DNA of 64,000 nt, from assembly GCA_037927135.1 (NCBI GenBank), contig JAXSPP010000005.1:32001-96000 (forward strand). Direction: 5' to 3'. Both the position numbers and the translations under genes were made by a program. This DNA is from Candidatus Pampinifervens sinense (GTDB taxonomy: Bacteria; Aquificota; Aquificia; Aquificales; Aquificaceae). This document shows, piece after piece, positions 28,935 through 38,279 of this stretch; position 1 is the stretch's first letter, and each line of letters starts with the position of its first letter. The notes below the pieces were generated by a model. It was not told the DNA's origin, searched no databases, and saw only the letters and a program-made list of their open reading frames with translations.

Positions 28935-30502
28935 GGCAAGGGTAGCCTTAGGCCACCAAGTATGTATTTAAGGTCGTTGTCTGTGAACATAAGACCCACA
29001 CCACCAAAAACACCCCTTAGCTTTGAATTAAGAAGATCATCTCCACCAAGCCTTACATAAAGGGGTCCACCGACTTTGTAGTTCACACCCACCTGTAGGT
29101 TCGGCTTAAGATCCTTATCATAAGGCCTATCCTTCCTGCCAAAGTCCCAAAGGTCCGAAGTTATCATAAGCCTTTCTGAAAGGATAAGATCAGTTCCTAT
29201 ACCGCCCGTAGACTCTTTAAGCCCTCCCCTTATCACCAATCTTGTATTATTAAAGAAAGGGAAGACCCTAGCATACTGTATGGTAAACTCTGGCTTAAAC
29301 TCCTTCTTTATCACCCATTGATTAGGAAGGATCTCTTCCTTGTAAACCCTTCCCCTTGAATCTCCTACAATTTCCAAAAGGTAATACTTTTCCTCATCAG
29401 GTTGAAGCTTCACTGTAAGTATACCCTTAGAATCACCACCCTTGTATAGCTCACCCCTAAAGCCTATGTAAAGATTGGTTTTATCCGCCACCTCACCTGC
29501 CTTGCTAAAAACTTTCACACCAGATGCCATATTACGGTAGAGCTCCTCATCCTTTATAAGCTTACCCAGGGTACCCTCACCTCTTTCTATGGTTGCAAGT
29601 ATGTTATTTAACTTTTCAGAGCTATCCTTTAGGGACCTTGTGAGTTCAGAAAGGTTAGAAATGGTAGTTCTTATATCCTGCCTGTTTTCCACCACGAGAG
29701 TATTGAGATTTTTTGAAAGTTCATTGAGGTTTGTGATTAGCTCCGGAAGGTTGGTCTTTAAACTATGACTCAAAACCCTTAAATTTTCCACAGCTTCCTT
29801 AATGTCCTGCCTGTTTTCTATGGCCATAGCATTAAGGGTTTGAGCTAACCTGTCTATGCTTTCTATAGTTTGAGGAAGCGTCCTGTTTAGGTTATAGGCA
29901 AGTAGGTTTATATTTCTTATAGCTCCTCTTAAAGCCTCTCTGTTTTCTAAAACTACAAGGTTAAGGTTGTAGCTTAAAGCTTCAAGGTTTTGAACAACCT
30001 TTCTTATATCCTCTCTGTTTTCAGAAAGGATAAGATGCAACGTTTCCATCATAAGCTTTAGGCTTTCAGAAGCCAAAGTCATCTCCTTTATAAGCTTATC
30101 TGTATCCGCATAACCTACACCCCTTATAGCTTCCCCTTCCTTTAGCGCTCCAGCCTGAGGACTGCCAGGGTATACATTCAAATACTTATCCCCCATAAGC
30201 CCTAACGTTCCTATCTCCGCCCTAGCATCCTTATATATGACAATATCCCTATCAAGGTCAAAGACCACCTCCACCTTCCCATCATCCCTTAAGGCAATAG
30301 ACCTTACCTTTCCACTCTTTATACCCGCAACCCTTACCTCCGCACCTTCTCTCAAACCAGCCACATCATCAAAGTAAGCCCTGTAGCTTTTTACAGAAGG
30401 TCTAAAAAAAGGTATTTCACCAAAGGTTAGAACAAGGAAGGCAAAGCCTAAGGAAAATAGGACGACAAGAAAGCCTACCTTGGCTTCCTCTGTAAACTTC
30501 AT
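28931..30502 (-). CDS. MlaD/MCE-domain protein
   Basis: N-terminal TM; GLREGAEVRVAGIKSGKV and GLMGDKY motifs; long helical region; GEGTLGKL. Confidence 0.88.
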   Translation of the reverse strand: MKFTEEAKVGFLVVLFSLGFAFLVLTFGEIPFFRPSVKSYRAYFDDVAGLREGAEVRVAGIKSGKVRSIALRDDGKVEVVFDLDRDIVIYKDARAEIGTLGLMGDKYLNVYPGSPQAGALKEGEAIRGVGYADTDKLIKEMTLASESLKLMMETLHLILSENREDIRKVVQNLEALSYNLNLVVLENREALRGAIRNINLLAYNLNRTLPQTIESIDRLAQTLNAMAIENRQDIKEAVENLRVLSHSLKTNLPELITNLNELSKNLNTLVVENRQDIRTTISNLSELTRSLKDSSEKLNNILATIERGEGTLGKLIKDEELYRNMASGVKVFSKAGEVADKTNLYIGFRGELYKGGDSKGILTVKLQPDEEKYYLLEIVGDSRGRVYKEEILPNQWVIKKEFKPEFTIQYARVFPFFNNTRLVIRGGLKESTGGIGTDLILSERLMITSDLWDFGRKDRPYDKDLKPNLQVGVNYKVGGPLYVRLGGDDLLNSKLRGVFGGVGLMFTDNDLKYILGGLRLPLP

Positions 30503-30549
30503 GATTTAATTATATTCCCAAATGGGCTTTGTTGTATACTTTATACAGA

Positions 30550-31440
30550 ATGCAGGCTATTATAAGCCTGGGAATTATCCTAATCTTCTGCCTTTTGGGT
30601 TTGCACTTTAGGGAAACCTTTGTAGCTCTAAAGTCCTTTGTAGTTCCTTTATTGGCCCTTGTTATGTTAAGCATGGGGCTTACTATGAACTTTGATAACC
30701 TTTTGGAAACTTTAAGAAAACCCTTTAGAGTAGCCTATGGAGCCTTCCTTCAGTTTACTATCATGCCCCTTCTTGGATATGGGCTCGCCTACCTTATGCG
30801 TATGGAGGAAGAACTAACTGTAGGCACAGTCCTTGTAGGTTCTGCTCCTGGTGGGACGGCTTCCAATGTGATAACTTATCTCTCTAAAGGTGACTTGGCC
30901 TATTCGGTTAGCATGACAGCTCTCTCCACACTGCTTTCACCCATTATGACCCCCTTTTTGACCTATCTCTTGGTAGGCAAAAAAGTAGATGTGCCCTTTT
31001 TAGACATGTTTAAGGATCTCATCTTAGTGGTAGTTCTTCCTGTGCTATTTGGGATCCTTTTAAAAGGCTTTATGCCTTCCTTAAAGCTCATTGAAAAGCT
31101 TTTACCTTATTTAGCCGTAGGTGCAATAGGTATGATAATAGCCACAGTATTGGCTTTAAATTATGAAAGGTTAGAGGGTGTTAGCTTAAAGGTCTTTCTT
31201 GTGGTACTTTTGCACAACCTTTTAGGCTTTCTTTTGGGCTATATCTTTGGTCGTTTGGCCGGCCTTGATAAAACGATGGCAAAAACGCTGTCTATAGAAG
31301 TAGGTATTCAAAACTCTGGCCTGGCTGTGGTGCTTGCGCTAAAGTATTTCTCCCCCCTCTCTGCCCTGCCTGGAGCCCTCTTTAGCCTCCTCCAGAACAT
31401 AAACGGAATTATCCTTTCTATAATATACAGAAGGCTATGA
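30550..31440 (+). CDS. Bile acid:sodium symporter family transporter
   Basis: QFTIMP, PGGTASNVITY and EVGIQNSGL motifs. Confidence 0.9.
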   Translation: MQAIISLGIILIFCLLGLHFRETFVALKSFVVPLLALVMLSMGLTMNFDNLLETLRKPFRVAYGAFLQFTIMPLLGYGLAYLMRMEEELTVGTVLVGSAPGGTASNVITYLSKGDLAYSVSMTALSTLLSPIMTPFLTYLLVGKKVDVPFLDMFKDLILVVVLPVLFGILLKGFMPSLKLIEKLLPYLAVGAIGMIIATVLALNYERLEGVSLKVFLVVLLHNLLGFLLGYIFGRLAGLDKTMAKTLSIEVGIQNSGLAVVLALKYFSPLSALPGALFSLLQNINGIILSIIYRRL

Positions 31441-32080
31441 AAAAGCTTTTGCTTTTCTTCATTCCTCTTTTGCTATCTTCATGTTCTATAACGGTAAGGG
31501 AGGCTCAAACCTATCTTAAGGTCCACTGTCCATCAACTGTGTACACCGATGGCTTTTACTGCAAGGACAGCAGATCATACAGCAATCTTCTTCAAAGTGG
31601 AAGTAGGGTAAGGGTTATAAGCCTTAAAACTGGAAAAAGTATAACTACAGCCGTCTTTAGAAGGGAGGATATAAAGGGTATATGCGTTCCAGAGAGGTTT
31701 AGAGATATGCTAGGTGTGGAGCCTTTCCAGCAAGGCTTGAAGTGGAAAGGTGCGGTATAGATGACAGAAGAGAATGTCCTGCTTACATAAGGGGCCTTGC
31801 CAGCTATTATGGGGAAGACTACCATGGAAGGGAGATTCCTTATGGAATTTCTTATGATATGCATGGCCTTTATGCGGCAAGTCCAGATTTGCCCCTTGGC
31901 ACGCTCCTTAAGGTAAAAAATTTAAAGAACGGTAAAGAGGTGGTTGTAAAAGTAATAGACAGGGGGCCTTTTAAAGGTAATAGGGTTTTGGACCTCTCTT
32001 ACAGTGCAGCCAAGAGTTTGGATATGTTAAGGGAGGGTGTGGTGGAGGTGGAGGCAAGGGTTATAAGGTGTGGAGACTAG
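31437..32080 (+). pseudogene. rlpA: RlpA-like septal lytic transglycosylase lipoprotein split by an apparent 1-nt frameshift near 31724-31726
   Basis: Lipobox ORF 31437-31760 and DPBB ORF 31742-32080 (GLASYYG, VIDRGPF, LDLSY) join into one frame if one T is added at CCTTTCC. Confidence 0.65.
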
Positions 32081-32562
32081 TTGTGTGGTGGGTAGACGAT
32101 GAGCATGACCCTGCCCATCTTGGACCAGACCTTATCTAAGGTGTCCGCTTTTATGGCCTTTGAGCTTTCATAGCCTGTGTGAACAAAAAAGTGATCGCCT
32201 TTATAGCCAACAACTACCATATAGTGAGGCACGCTAAAGAAAAACCTTCCTAGATCCACAAGTATTATGGGTGGAATACCTTTATCTATCAGTTTTTTAA
32301 GGTCTTCCAGCGTTCCTTGTCTTGTTTCTGCCTTCAAGCCCAAGTCTTTAACATAGCCTTCCATGTCCGTTATTAGTGCGCCCTTTAGCTTTGGACTGTA
32401 AACCCTTTGGGCTATAACCTCTTGTGGTATATGAAGGCCATAGAAGGAAAGGACGGAGCTCAAAGAGGCTGGACCGCAGAACTCATCCCTTTGTTTTACA
32501 AAAGGCACATCAAGGCTTTTGGAAAATACAAGAAGGGGGAAGAAAAGGAGAAGGAAGATCAC
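32077..32562 (-). CDS. C39-like cysteine peptidase (PA2778-like)
   Basis: VPFVKQ..FCGPASL and HYMVVVGY Cys/His motifs. Confidence 0.85.
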   Translation of the reverse strand: MIFLLLFFPLLVFSKSLDVPFVKQRDEFCGPASLSSVLSFYGLHIPQEVIAQRVYSPKLKGALITDMEGYVKDLGLKAETRQGTLEDLKKLIDKGIPPIILVDLGRFFFSVPHYMVVVGYKGDHFFVHTGYESSKAIKADTLDKVWSKMGRVMLIVYPPHN

Positions 32563-32948
32563 CTTATGATGATCTCTTTATTGAGGAGCTTTAGAAGTAT
32601 GACCAAAAGTATGGCTACCACCAATATGCCTATGGCTAAGCTAATACCATCGCCACCGGCCAAAACCTTTTCTGAAGCCTTTGCGAGCATATGAATCTGT
32701 TCATCGCTAAGCTGAGAAAGCTTTTGTTCTATCTCCTCCTTGGTAAGACCGTAAGCCTTTAGCTTTTCTTGAAGCTCTTTGCTTTCAAGCACCCTTTGAA
32801 TTTTGGCAAGCTCCTCTTCCCTATTTAGCAAGTTTTCGGAGGCAGGTTTGGACTCTACAAGACCTGCAAAGACGGGTGCTGAGTTAAAGGTAAAAAACCA
32901 TCCTGCTATAGCTAGGACCAAAAGAGGTCTTCTAAGAAGCTCCAGCAT
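32559..32948 (-). CDS. PA2779-like exported protein
   Basis: Signal peptide; LSDEQIHMLA..AGGDG followed by C-terminal TM; upstream of the C39 peptidase. Confidence 0.75.
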   Translation of the reverse strand: MLELLRRPLLVLAIAGWFFTFNSAPVFAGLVESKPASENLLNREEELAKIQRVLESKELQEKLKAYGLTKEEIEQKLSQLSDEQIHMLAKASEKVLAGGDGISLAIGILVVAILLVILLKLLNKEIIIR

Positions 32949-32977
32949 GCCTTCACCTCCTTTTTGTCTTAATTATA

Positions 32978-33625
32978 TCAAAAGTCTTCAAGGCTTGGAT
33001 TGAAAGGCAGTGTGCCATACTGGGCACCCACCACTACCACCTTTCTCCCTTCCACCCTTACCCTACCTTCCACTATCCACTTTATGACCTGTGGTAGTAT
33101 TCTGTGCTCATAGGAAAGTATTCTTTGAGACAGGCTCTCTTCCGTATCTTCAGGAAGTACGGGAACACAGGCTTGAGCTATAACGGGACCGTTGTCAAGC
33201 TCCTCTGTAACGAAATGCACGGTGCATCCCGTTATCCTTGCTCCATAATCTATGGCCTGCTTTTGAGCCCTAAGGCCCTGAAAGGCGGGTATTAAGGAAG
33301 GATGTATGTTAATGATCCTCATAGGAAAGCTCTCAAGGAAGACAGAAGAGAGAAGGCGCATAAAGCCAGCAAGCACCACAAGGTCAACCTCCGCTTCCTT
33401 TAATGCATTTACCATGGCCCTTTCAAAGTCCTCCTTACTTTCAAAGTCCTTTCTCCTTATGACCTTATAGGGTACGTTGTGTTTTATGCATCTCTCTATG
33501 GCTGGCACACCTTCCCTGTCGGAAATGACCAAAGATATACGAGCCTTAAGCTTTCCCCTCTCTATGGCATCTATTATGGCTTGTAGGTTTGAGCCACGGC
33601 CCGATACTAGCACACCTAGATTCAT
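32978..33625 (-). CDS. purN: Phosphoribosylglycinamide formyltransferase
   Basis: [21 protein letters not shown] and GCTVHFV motifs. Confidence 0.97.
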   Translation of the reverse strand: MNLGVLVSGRGSNLQAIIDAIERGKLKARISLVISDREGVPAIERCIKHNVPYKVIRRKDFESKEDFERAMVNALKEAEVDLVVLAGFMRLLSSVFLESFPMRIINIHPSLIPAFQGLRAQKQAIDYGARITGCTVHFVTEELDNGPVIAQACVPVLPEDTEESLSQRILSYEHRILPQVIKWIVEGRVRVEGRKVVVVGAQYGTLPFNPSLEDF

Positions 33626-33675
33626 GCTATTATATTCTATCATCCTAAAGAAGTAAGGTTTTAAGGAGGAGTGGA

Positions 33676-34278
33676 ATGAATGTGGAGTTTATAGGTAAGG
33701 GTATTGAATGGACGGATTCTATGAAGGCCTTTGTAGAAGGGAAGCTTGAAAGGTTTGCAAGGTTTTTAAAGGAAGCAGAGGAGGATCAGGTGGAGGTTGT
33801 AGTTACCCTATCTACATCTAGGGCAAAGCAGAAGGATTATGCAGGAGATAGCAGGCCAACCCTTTACAGGGTAGACTTGGACATATACCTTAAAACATGG
33901 GGTGGCGGTGCTTTGCATGCGTGGGATGAAGACATTGATCCATTCTCAGCCCTTGATAGGGTAATGGACGAGATAGAAAGGCAGCTTATAAAGCTAAAGC
34001 AAAGAAGACATGAACTGAGGAGAAAAGGTCATAAGATAAAGGAAGAGATGATTATGGAGGAGATATTGCCCCATGAGGAGAGAGAAAGACCTTTGATAAT
34101 TGAAGAGGATCTTGCCATAGAAAAGCCCATGAGTGTAGAAGATGCCATATTTGAGCTTCAAAGCTCTGGAATGTACTTTATACCCTTTGTGGATATAGAG
34201 ACGGGGACGCTAAAGATAGCCTACAGAAAAAGGGGTGGGAGCTTTGGAGTAATAAACACCAAGTGTAAAGGTATGTAA
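33676..34278 (+). CDS. hpf: Ribosome hibernation promoting factor (long HPF)
   Basis: N-terminal HPF fold (ERQLIKLK) and C-terminal [18 protein letters not shown]. Confidence 0.85.
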   Translation: MNVEFIGKGIEWTDSMKAFVEGKLERFARFLKEAEEDQVEVVVTLSTSRAKQKDYAGDSRPTLYRVDLDIYLKTWGGGALHAWDEDIDPFSALDRVMDEIERQLIKLKQRRHELRRKGHKIKEEMIMEEILPHEERERPLIIEEDLAIEKPMSVEDAIFELQSSGMYFIPFVDIETGTLKIAYRKRGGSFGVINTKCKGM

Positions 34279-34279
34279 A

Positions 34280-34303
34280 AGGTGTGCCTTTAAGGGCACA
34301 CCT
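34280..34303. terminator. Bidirectional terminator hairpin
   Basis: AGGTGTGCC-tttaag-GGCACACCT flanked by A- and T-rich tracts between convergent genes. Confidence 0.7.
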
Positions 34304-34688
34304 CCTTTTCTTCTACCTTGACCACTTTACCGTTTTGATAGTAGGTAGTCTTAACTATCCTACAGTTTCCCTTTGAAGCTACAGGTTGAGCCACAACCTT
34401 CTGCGTGCCATCCACCGATGTGTATTCTACAGGCTTGTTCTGCATAGCTGCTTCCCTTGAAGCCCTTGCGGCTATTTCAGTTATAGTTCCACCTATGACA
34501 GCTCCGATTGCACCACCTATAACGGCACCACGCCAACGGTTCTCCTTATCTAAAAGCGCACCAGCTATAGCACCGCCCACAGCTCCAACCGTTGCACCTT
34601 CATAGGTTCTCTGTGTAGTCACTTGACCACAAGAGAATAGAAAACCTACAGTAAATATTCCTAAAAGAGCTATAGCCTTCTTCCTCAT
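34290..34688 (-). CDS. Glycine-zipper lipoprotein
   Basis: Lipobox LFSC; GATVGAVGGAIAGA/GAVIGGAIGAVIGG zipper. Confidence 0.85.
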   Translation of the reverse strand: MRKKAIALLGIFTVGFLFSCGQVTTQRTYEGATVGAVGGAIAGALLDKENRWRGAVIGGAIGAVIGGTITEIAARASREAAMQNKPVEYTSVDGTQKVVAQPVASKGNCRIVKTTYYQNGKVVKVEEKEVCP

Positions 34689-34709
34689 TTTCAAACCTCC
34701 TTAACTACA

Positions 34710-35441
34710 TTATACAGCCCTGTTTATTAAAAATTCATTAAAAAGCTTTAAAGATGTGATTGCTTCCTCATCAAGGTCATACTTCATACACGAGGTGAAG
34801 TATTCTAAAAGAAACTCCTGACTGAAGCCTTCAACAGATATATTCCCCTTGTATAGATTTTCAAAAAAATAGGCCTTTGACCTTTCACACTGTTCAGCTA
34901 TGTAGCTACATAGCCATTGTGGTGCATCTTTTCTTACCAAAAATAGAGCAAAGACAAAGGGAAGTTTATGATGCTTGAACCACTCTTCGCCTAAGTCATA
35001 GACATAAGGCCAGGTTCTGTAAAGGTTTTCCTTAAGAGCTTTATCCCCTATAAGCATTATAGCTTCTGCCCTGTTTTTATCTTTTTCAATCTTAGGCCTT
35101 CCTCCGTAGATGTGATTGATTACGTATAGGGCAAGCTCTTTTGAGGTTAACGATTCTGATGTAAGGTAAATACTTTCTAGGGCTTCAATAGGCTTTTTTG
35201 AAAATAGAAGCACAGAACAGGCTCTTTCTTTGGAGGCTATACAAACATTAGGAACGAGTAAATAGTCTTTGCCGTTCATAAGGTATTCTATGGAGGAAAC
35301 TATACCCGCTTGAATCTCTCCCTTCCTCAAAAGATCTACCAACTCCGATGGACTTCCTTCTATAAAGGAGACTTCCGATCCTTCCCATCTGTAGAAAAGG
35401 GGCATGGTGTTAAGATAGCTGACCTTACCTATCTTTATCAT
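34710..35441 (-). CDS. mqnA: Chorismate dehydratase (futalosine menaquinone pathway)
   Basis: VSYLNTMP, SVLLFS, IGDKAL and DLGEEW..LPFVFA motifs. Confidence 0.88.
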   Translation of the reverse strand: MIKIGKVSYLNTMPLFYRWEGSEVSFIEGSPSELVDLLRKGEIQAGIVSSIEYLMNGKDYLLVPNVCIASKERACSVLLFSKKPIEALESIYLTSESLTSKELALYVINHIYGGRPKIEKDKNRAEAIMLIGDKALKENLYRTWPYVYDLGEEWFKHHKLPFVFALFLVRKDAPQWLCSYIAEQCERSKAYFFENLYKGNISVEGFSQEFLLEYFTSCMKYDLDEEAITSLKLFNEFLINRAV

Positions 35442-36454
35442 TAGACCTTATGGGAGAGTTCTATAAAAGCCTGTAGCTTTTGGTATGCTTTCCCTGAATG
35501 AATGGACTCCTTTGCTATCTCAAAGGCTTCCTTTCTGTCTTCTGTTAAACCTGAAACGAGCACACCAAACATGGCATTTATTAACACCATATAATAGGCG
35601 GGTGAAACTTCACCTTGCAATACAGACAAAACCATCTTTGCACTCTCTTCCACCGATGAAACCTTTATGTAATCCAAAGGATAGGTTCTAAGGCCAAGCT
35701 CCTCTGGGTGAAAGTCATAGATGATCACCTCACCGTCCTTTAGTTCCGCTATACGCGTAGGTGCGCTAATAGAGACCTCATCAATGCCATCCTTTCCATG
35801 CACCACAAAAGCCCTTTTTATACCTAAACCTCTCAAAGCAAAGGCAACCTTATCCACAAAGCTATCGGAAAATACACCAAGAAGTTGCCTTTTGGCACCG
35901 GCTGGGTTTGAAAGAGGGCCAACAAGGTTGAATATGGAGCGTATGCCTACTTCTCTCCTTGGACCTATCACCCTTTTCATAGCTGGATGAAAATTGGGAG
36001 CAAACATAAAACCAATACCTATATCCTCTACCATCTTTTTTACTTGATCTGGACCCAGATCTATCTTTGCTCCCAGGTGTTCTAAAAGATCAGCACTACC
36101 GCTTTTGGAAGACACGGATCTGTTTCCATGCTTTGCCACCTTTATGCCCGCACCAGCCAGCACAAAGGCCACAGCGGTAGAAACGTTAAAGGTTTCCGAC
36201 ATATCCCCTCCCGTTCCACAGGTATCCACTAGGTTTTCTTTGTCCTCCACCTCCACCTTTGTAGCCCTTTCCCTGAAAAAGCTTGCAGCCCCTTCTATCT
36301 CCTCTGGTGTCTCCCCCTTCATCTTTGTGGCTATAATAAAAGCACCTATTTGGGCATCGGTAGCCCTACCCTCCGTTATATCCTCCAAGGCCCTTCTCAT
36401 CTCCTCTTTTGTAAGGTTTTCAAACTCTGAAAGCTTCCTTAAAACCTCTTTCAT
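35441..36454 (-). CDS. trpD: Anthranilate phosphoribosyltransferase
   Basis: DTCGTGGD, KHGNRSVSSKSGSAD and GPLSNP motifs. Confidence 0.97.
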   Translation of the reverse strand: MKEVLRKLSEFENLTKEEMRRALEDITEGRATDAQIGAFIIATKMKGETPEEIEGAASFFRERATKVEVEDKENLVDTCGTGGDMSETFNVSTAVAFVLAGAGIKVAKHGNRSVSSKSGSADLLEHLGAKIDLGPDQVKKMVEDIGIGFMFAPNFHPAMKRVIGPRREVGIRSIFNLVGPLSNPAGAKRQLLGVFSDSFVDKVAFALRGLGIKRAFVVHGKDGIDEVSISAPTRIAELKDGEVIIYDFHPEELGLRTYPLDYIKVSSVEESAKMVLSVLQGEVSPAYYMVLINAMFGVLVSGLTEDRKEAFEIAKESIHSGKAYQKLQAFIELSHKV

Positions 36455-37674
36455 GCTTTAAATTTTAACCCTTTTGAACCCAAAAGGAAGCATGTAAGTA
36501 GGAGATAATCCCTTAGGTGTCTTGGTATTAAAAACCTTTGCCTTACATACTCCTTTGCCCTTTTGCCCATCTGCTCCCTAAGTCTGGAATCGGCAAGAAG
36601 CTGTTTTGCTCTATAGGCAGCACCCTCTGGTGTGTTCACCAAGTAGCCCGTTATGCCCTCCACTATCTGGCTTTTTATACCACCTGTGTTTCCACCTATT
36701 ACCGCCTTCCCCTTCCACATGGCCTCTGCTACCACAAGGCCAAAGCCCTCTTTTATAGACTTTTGAAGGACTACCGTAGCATGTCTCTGCAAGGCATTGA
36801 TCTCTATATGGCTGTCGGGTGGTAAGTTAAGAACGTAAACATCCTTATCCTCTGCAGTAGCGTTTATTACCTCCGTATAGACCTCCTCACCTTCCGGATC
36901 ATCGGGGGCAAAGGATCCGGCCAATACAAGACAGCAATCATACTTCTCCTTTACTATCCTGTAAGCTCTGTATACACCTAAGGGATCCTTCAATCTGTCA
37001 AAGCGGGAAACCTGCAAAAGCACAGGTTTTTCCCTGTTTATTCCCAATTTTTCCAGAACCTCTTCTATCCTTTTAGCATCTAGTTCTACATTCTTGTGGT
37101 GAAGGGGATCTATGGAAGGTGGAATTATAAAGGTGGGGATTTTTATACCCTTATTGGCAAACTCTGGAAGATGAAAGACCACTGCATCATAAGCGTTCAA
37201 AAAGCCTTCTATAAACTCCCATGCTCTTCTTTCTGGTGTAGATGTATCTATATGACACCTCCAAACCCATCTTTGACCTTTTAGCTTTTTTACAACCAAG
37301 CCCATAGGCTGTGGATCATGTATAAAAACCACATCGTAGTTCTCTGTGTCAATTTCCCTTAAATTCTCATAGGTGGTCTGCAGGTAGTTTACAAGATCAT
37401 AGCTGTTTAAAGTATCTCCTTGAGGCAGATGTAGCAAATTATGAAGCTTTTTTGTAGTCCTAAAAAACTCCTTGTTTCCCTTTATAACCTTCCAATCCAC
37501 CTTTATCCCTAATTCTCTCATGAGGGGAACCAATCTCATAAGTATTTCGGCCACACCACCTCCCTCTTTTGTAGAGTTCACATGCAAAATTTTCACGTTC
37601 TCAAGCCTTTTTGCCAAGATTTCAATCTCCCTTATAATACTCTTATCAACATACTGTGAATATTCCTCTATCAT
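36451..37674 (-). CDS. treT: Trehalose synthase TreT-like glycosyltransferase (GT4)
   Basis: HVNSTKEGGGVAEIL, IHDPQP, WRCHID, VSRFDRLKD and EGFGLVVAEAMWK motifs. Confidence 0.85.
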   Translation of the reverse strand: MIEEYSQYVDKSIIREIEILAKRLENVKILHVNSTKEGGGVAEILMRLVPLMRELGIKVDWKVIKGNKEFFRTTKKLHNLLHLPQGDTLNSYDLVNYLQTTYENLREIDTENYDVVFIHDPQPMGLVVKKLKGQRWVWRCHIDTSTPERRAWEFIEGFLNAYDAVVFHLPEFANKGIKIPTFIIPPSIDPLHHKNVELDAKRIEEVLEKLGINREKPVLLQVSRFDRLKDPLGVYRAYRIVKEKYDCCLVLAGSFAPDDPEGEEVYTEVINATAEDKDVYVLNLPPDSHIEINALQRHATVVLQKSIKEGFGLVVAEAMWKGKAVIGGNTGGIKSQIVEGITGYLVNTPEGAAYRAKQLLADSRLREQMGKRAKEYVRQRFLIPRHLRDYLLLTCFLLGSKGLKFKA

Positions 37675-38279
37675 CTTCTCTCTAATATCTCAAGTATCCG
37701 TTCTTTTAGCTTAAAAAGATCAATAGTATAAACATCCAATCTACCTATCTGGTATGCTTTTTCTACGTATCCCATGTGTATCAACCATTGAGAGTAATCA
37801 TTCCCAGAACTTTCCTTCTCTAGCCTTGATGAGATCATATGGTAGAAAACAGAATTTATGCTAGAGTTTTCAATTCCTTCTATAAGCTCTTCCAAGCTGC
37901 TTGCCACATAACCTGTTTCAAAAACCTCCCTATGGATGCTCATAAAATAAAAAGGTTCCACTTCTTTTTTAAGATCTTCCTTTCGTTCCTTTAGCACGCT
38001 AAGCATTTTTCTTCTTACATCTTCCAAACTACAGTAATTGGTTGGGTCTATAAAGGTAAGCTTTTCAGCTAGGCTTTTGTAGCCATTAATGTAGAGCCAG
38101 TGGGAAAAGCTGTTGAAGTAATAAACGTTAGGGTGGAAGAGGTGTATATAAAGGTGATAAAGTAAAGACCCCTCGTCTATTAGCTCAAGACAGTTTATAA
38201 ACTCTTCAAGGCTGGAGGCAGAAAGGCCTGTATATATGGGAACCCAAAGCTCTGTTTTGAAGACAAAGGCCCTTTTCAT
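37671..38279 (-). CDS. DUF5752-like protein (TreT-associated)
   Basis: Two internal repeats SLLYH...NSFSHW and SVFYH...NDYSQW; directly upstream of treT. Confidence 0.7.
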   Translation of the reverse strand: MKRAFVFKTELWVPIYTGLSASSLEEFINCLELIDEGSLLYHLYIHLFHPNVYYFNSFSHWLYINGYKSLAEKLTFIDPTNYCSLEDVRRKMLSVLKERKEDLKKEVEPFYFMSIHREVFETGYVASSLEELIEGIENSSINSVFYHMISSRLEKESSGNDYSQWLIHMGYVEKAYQIGRLDVYTIDLFKLKERILEILERR

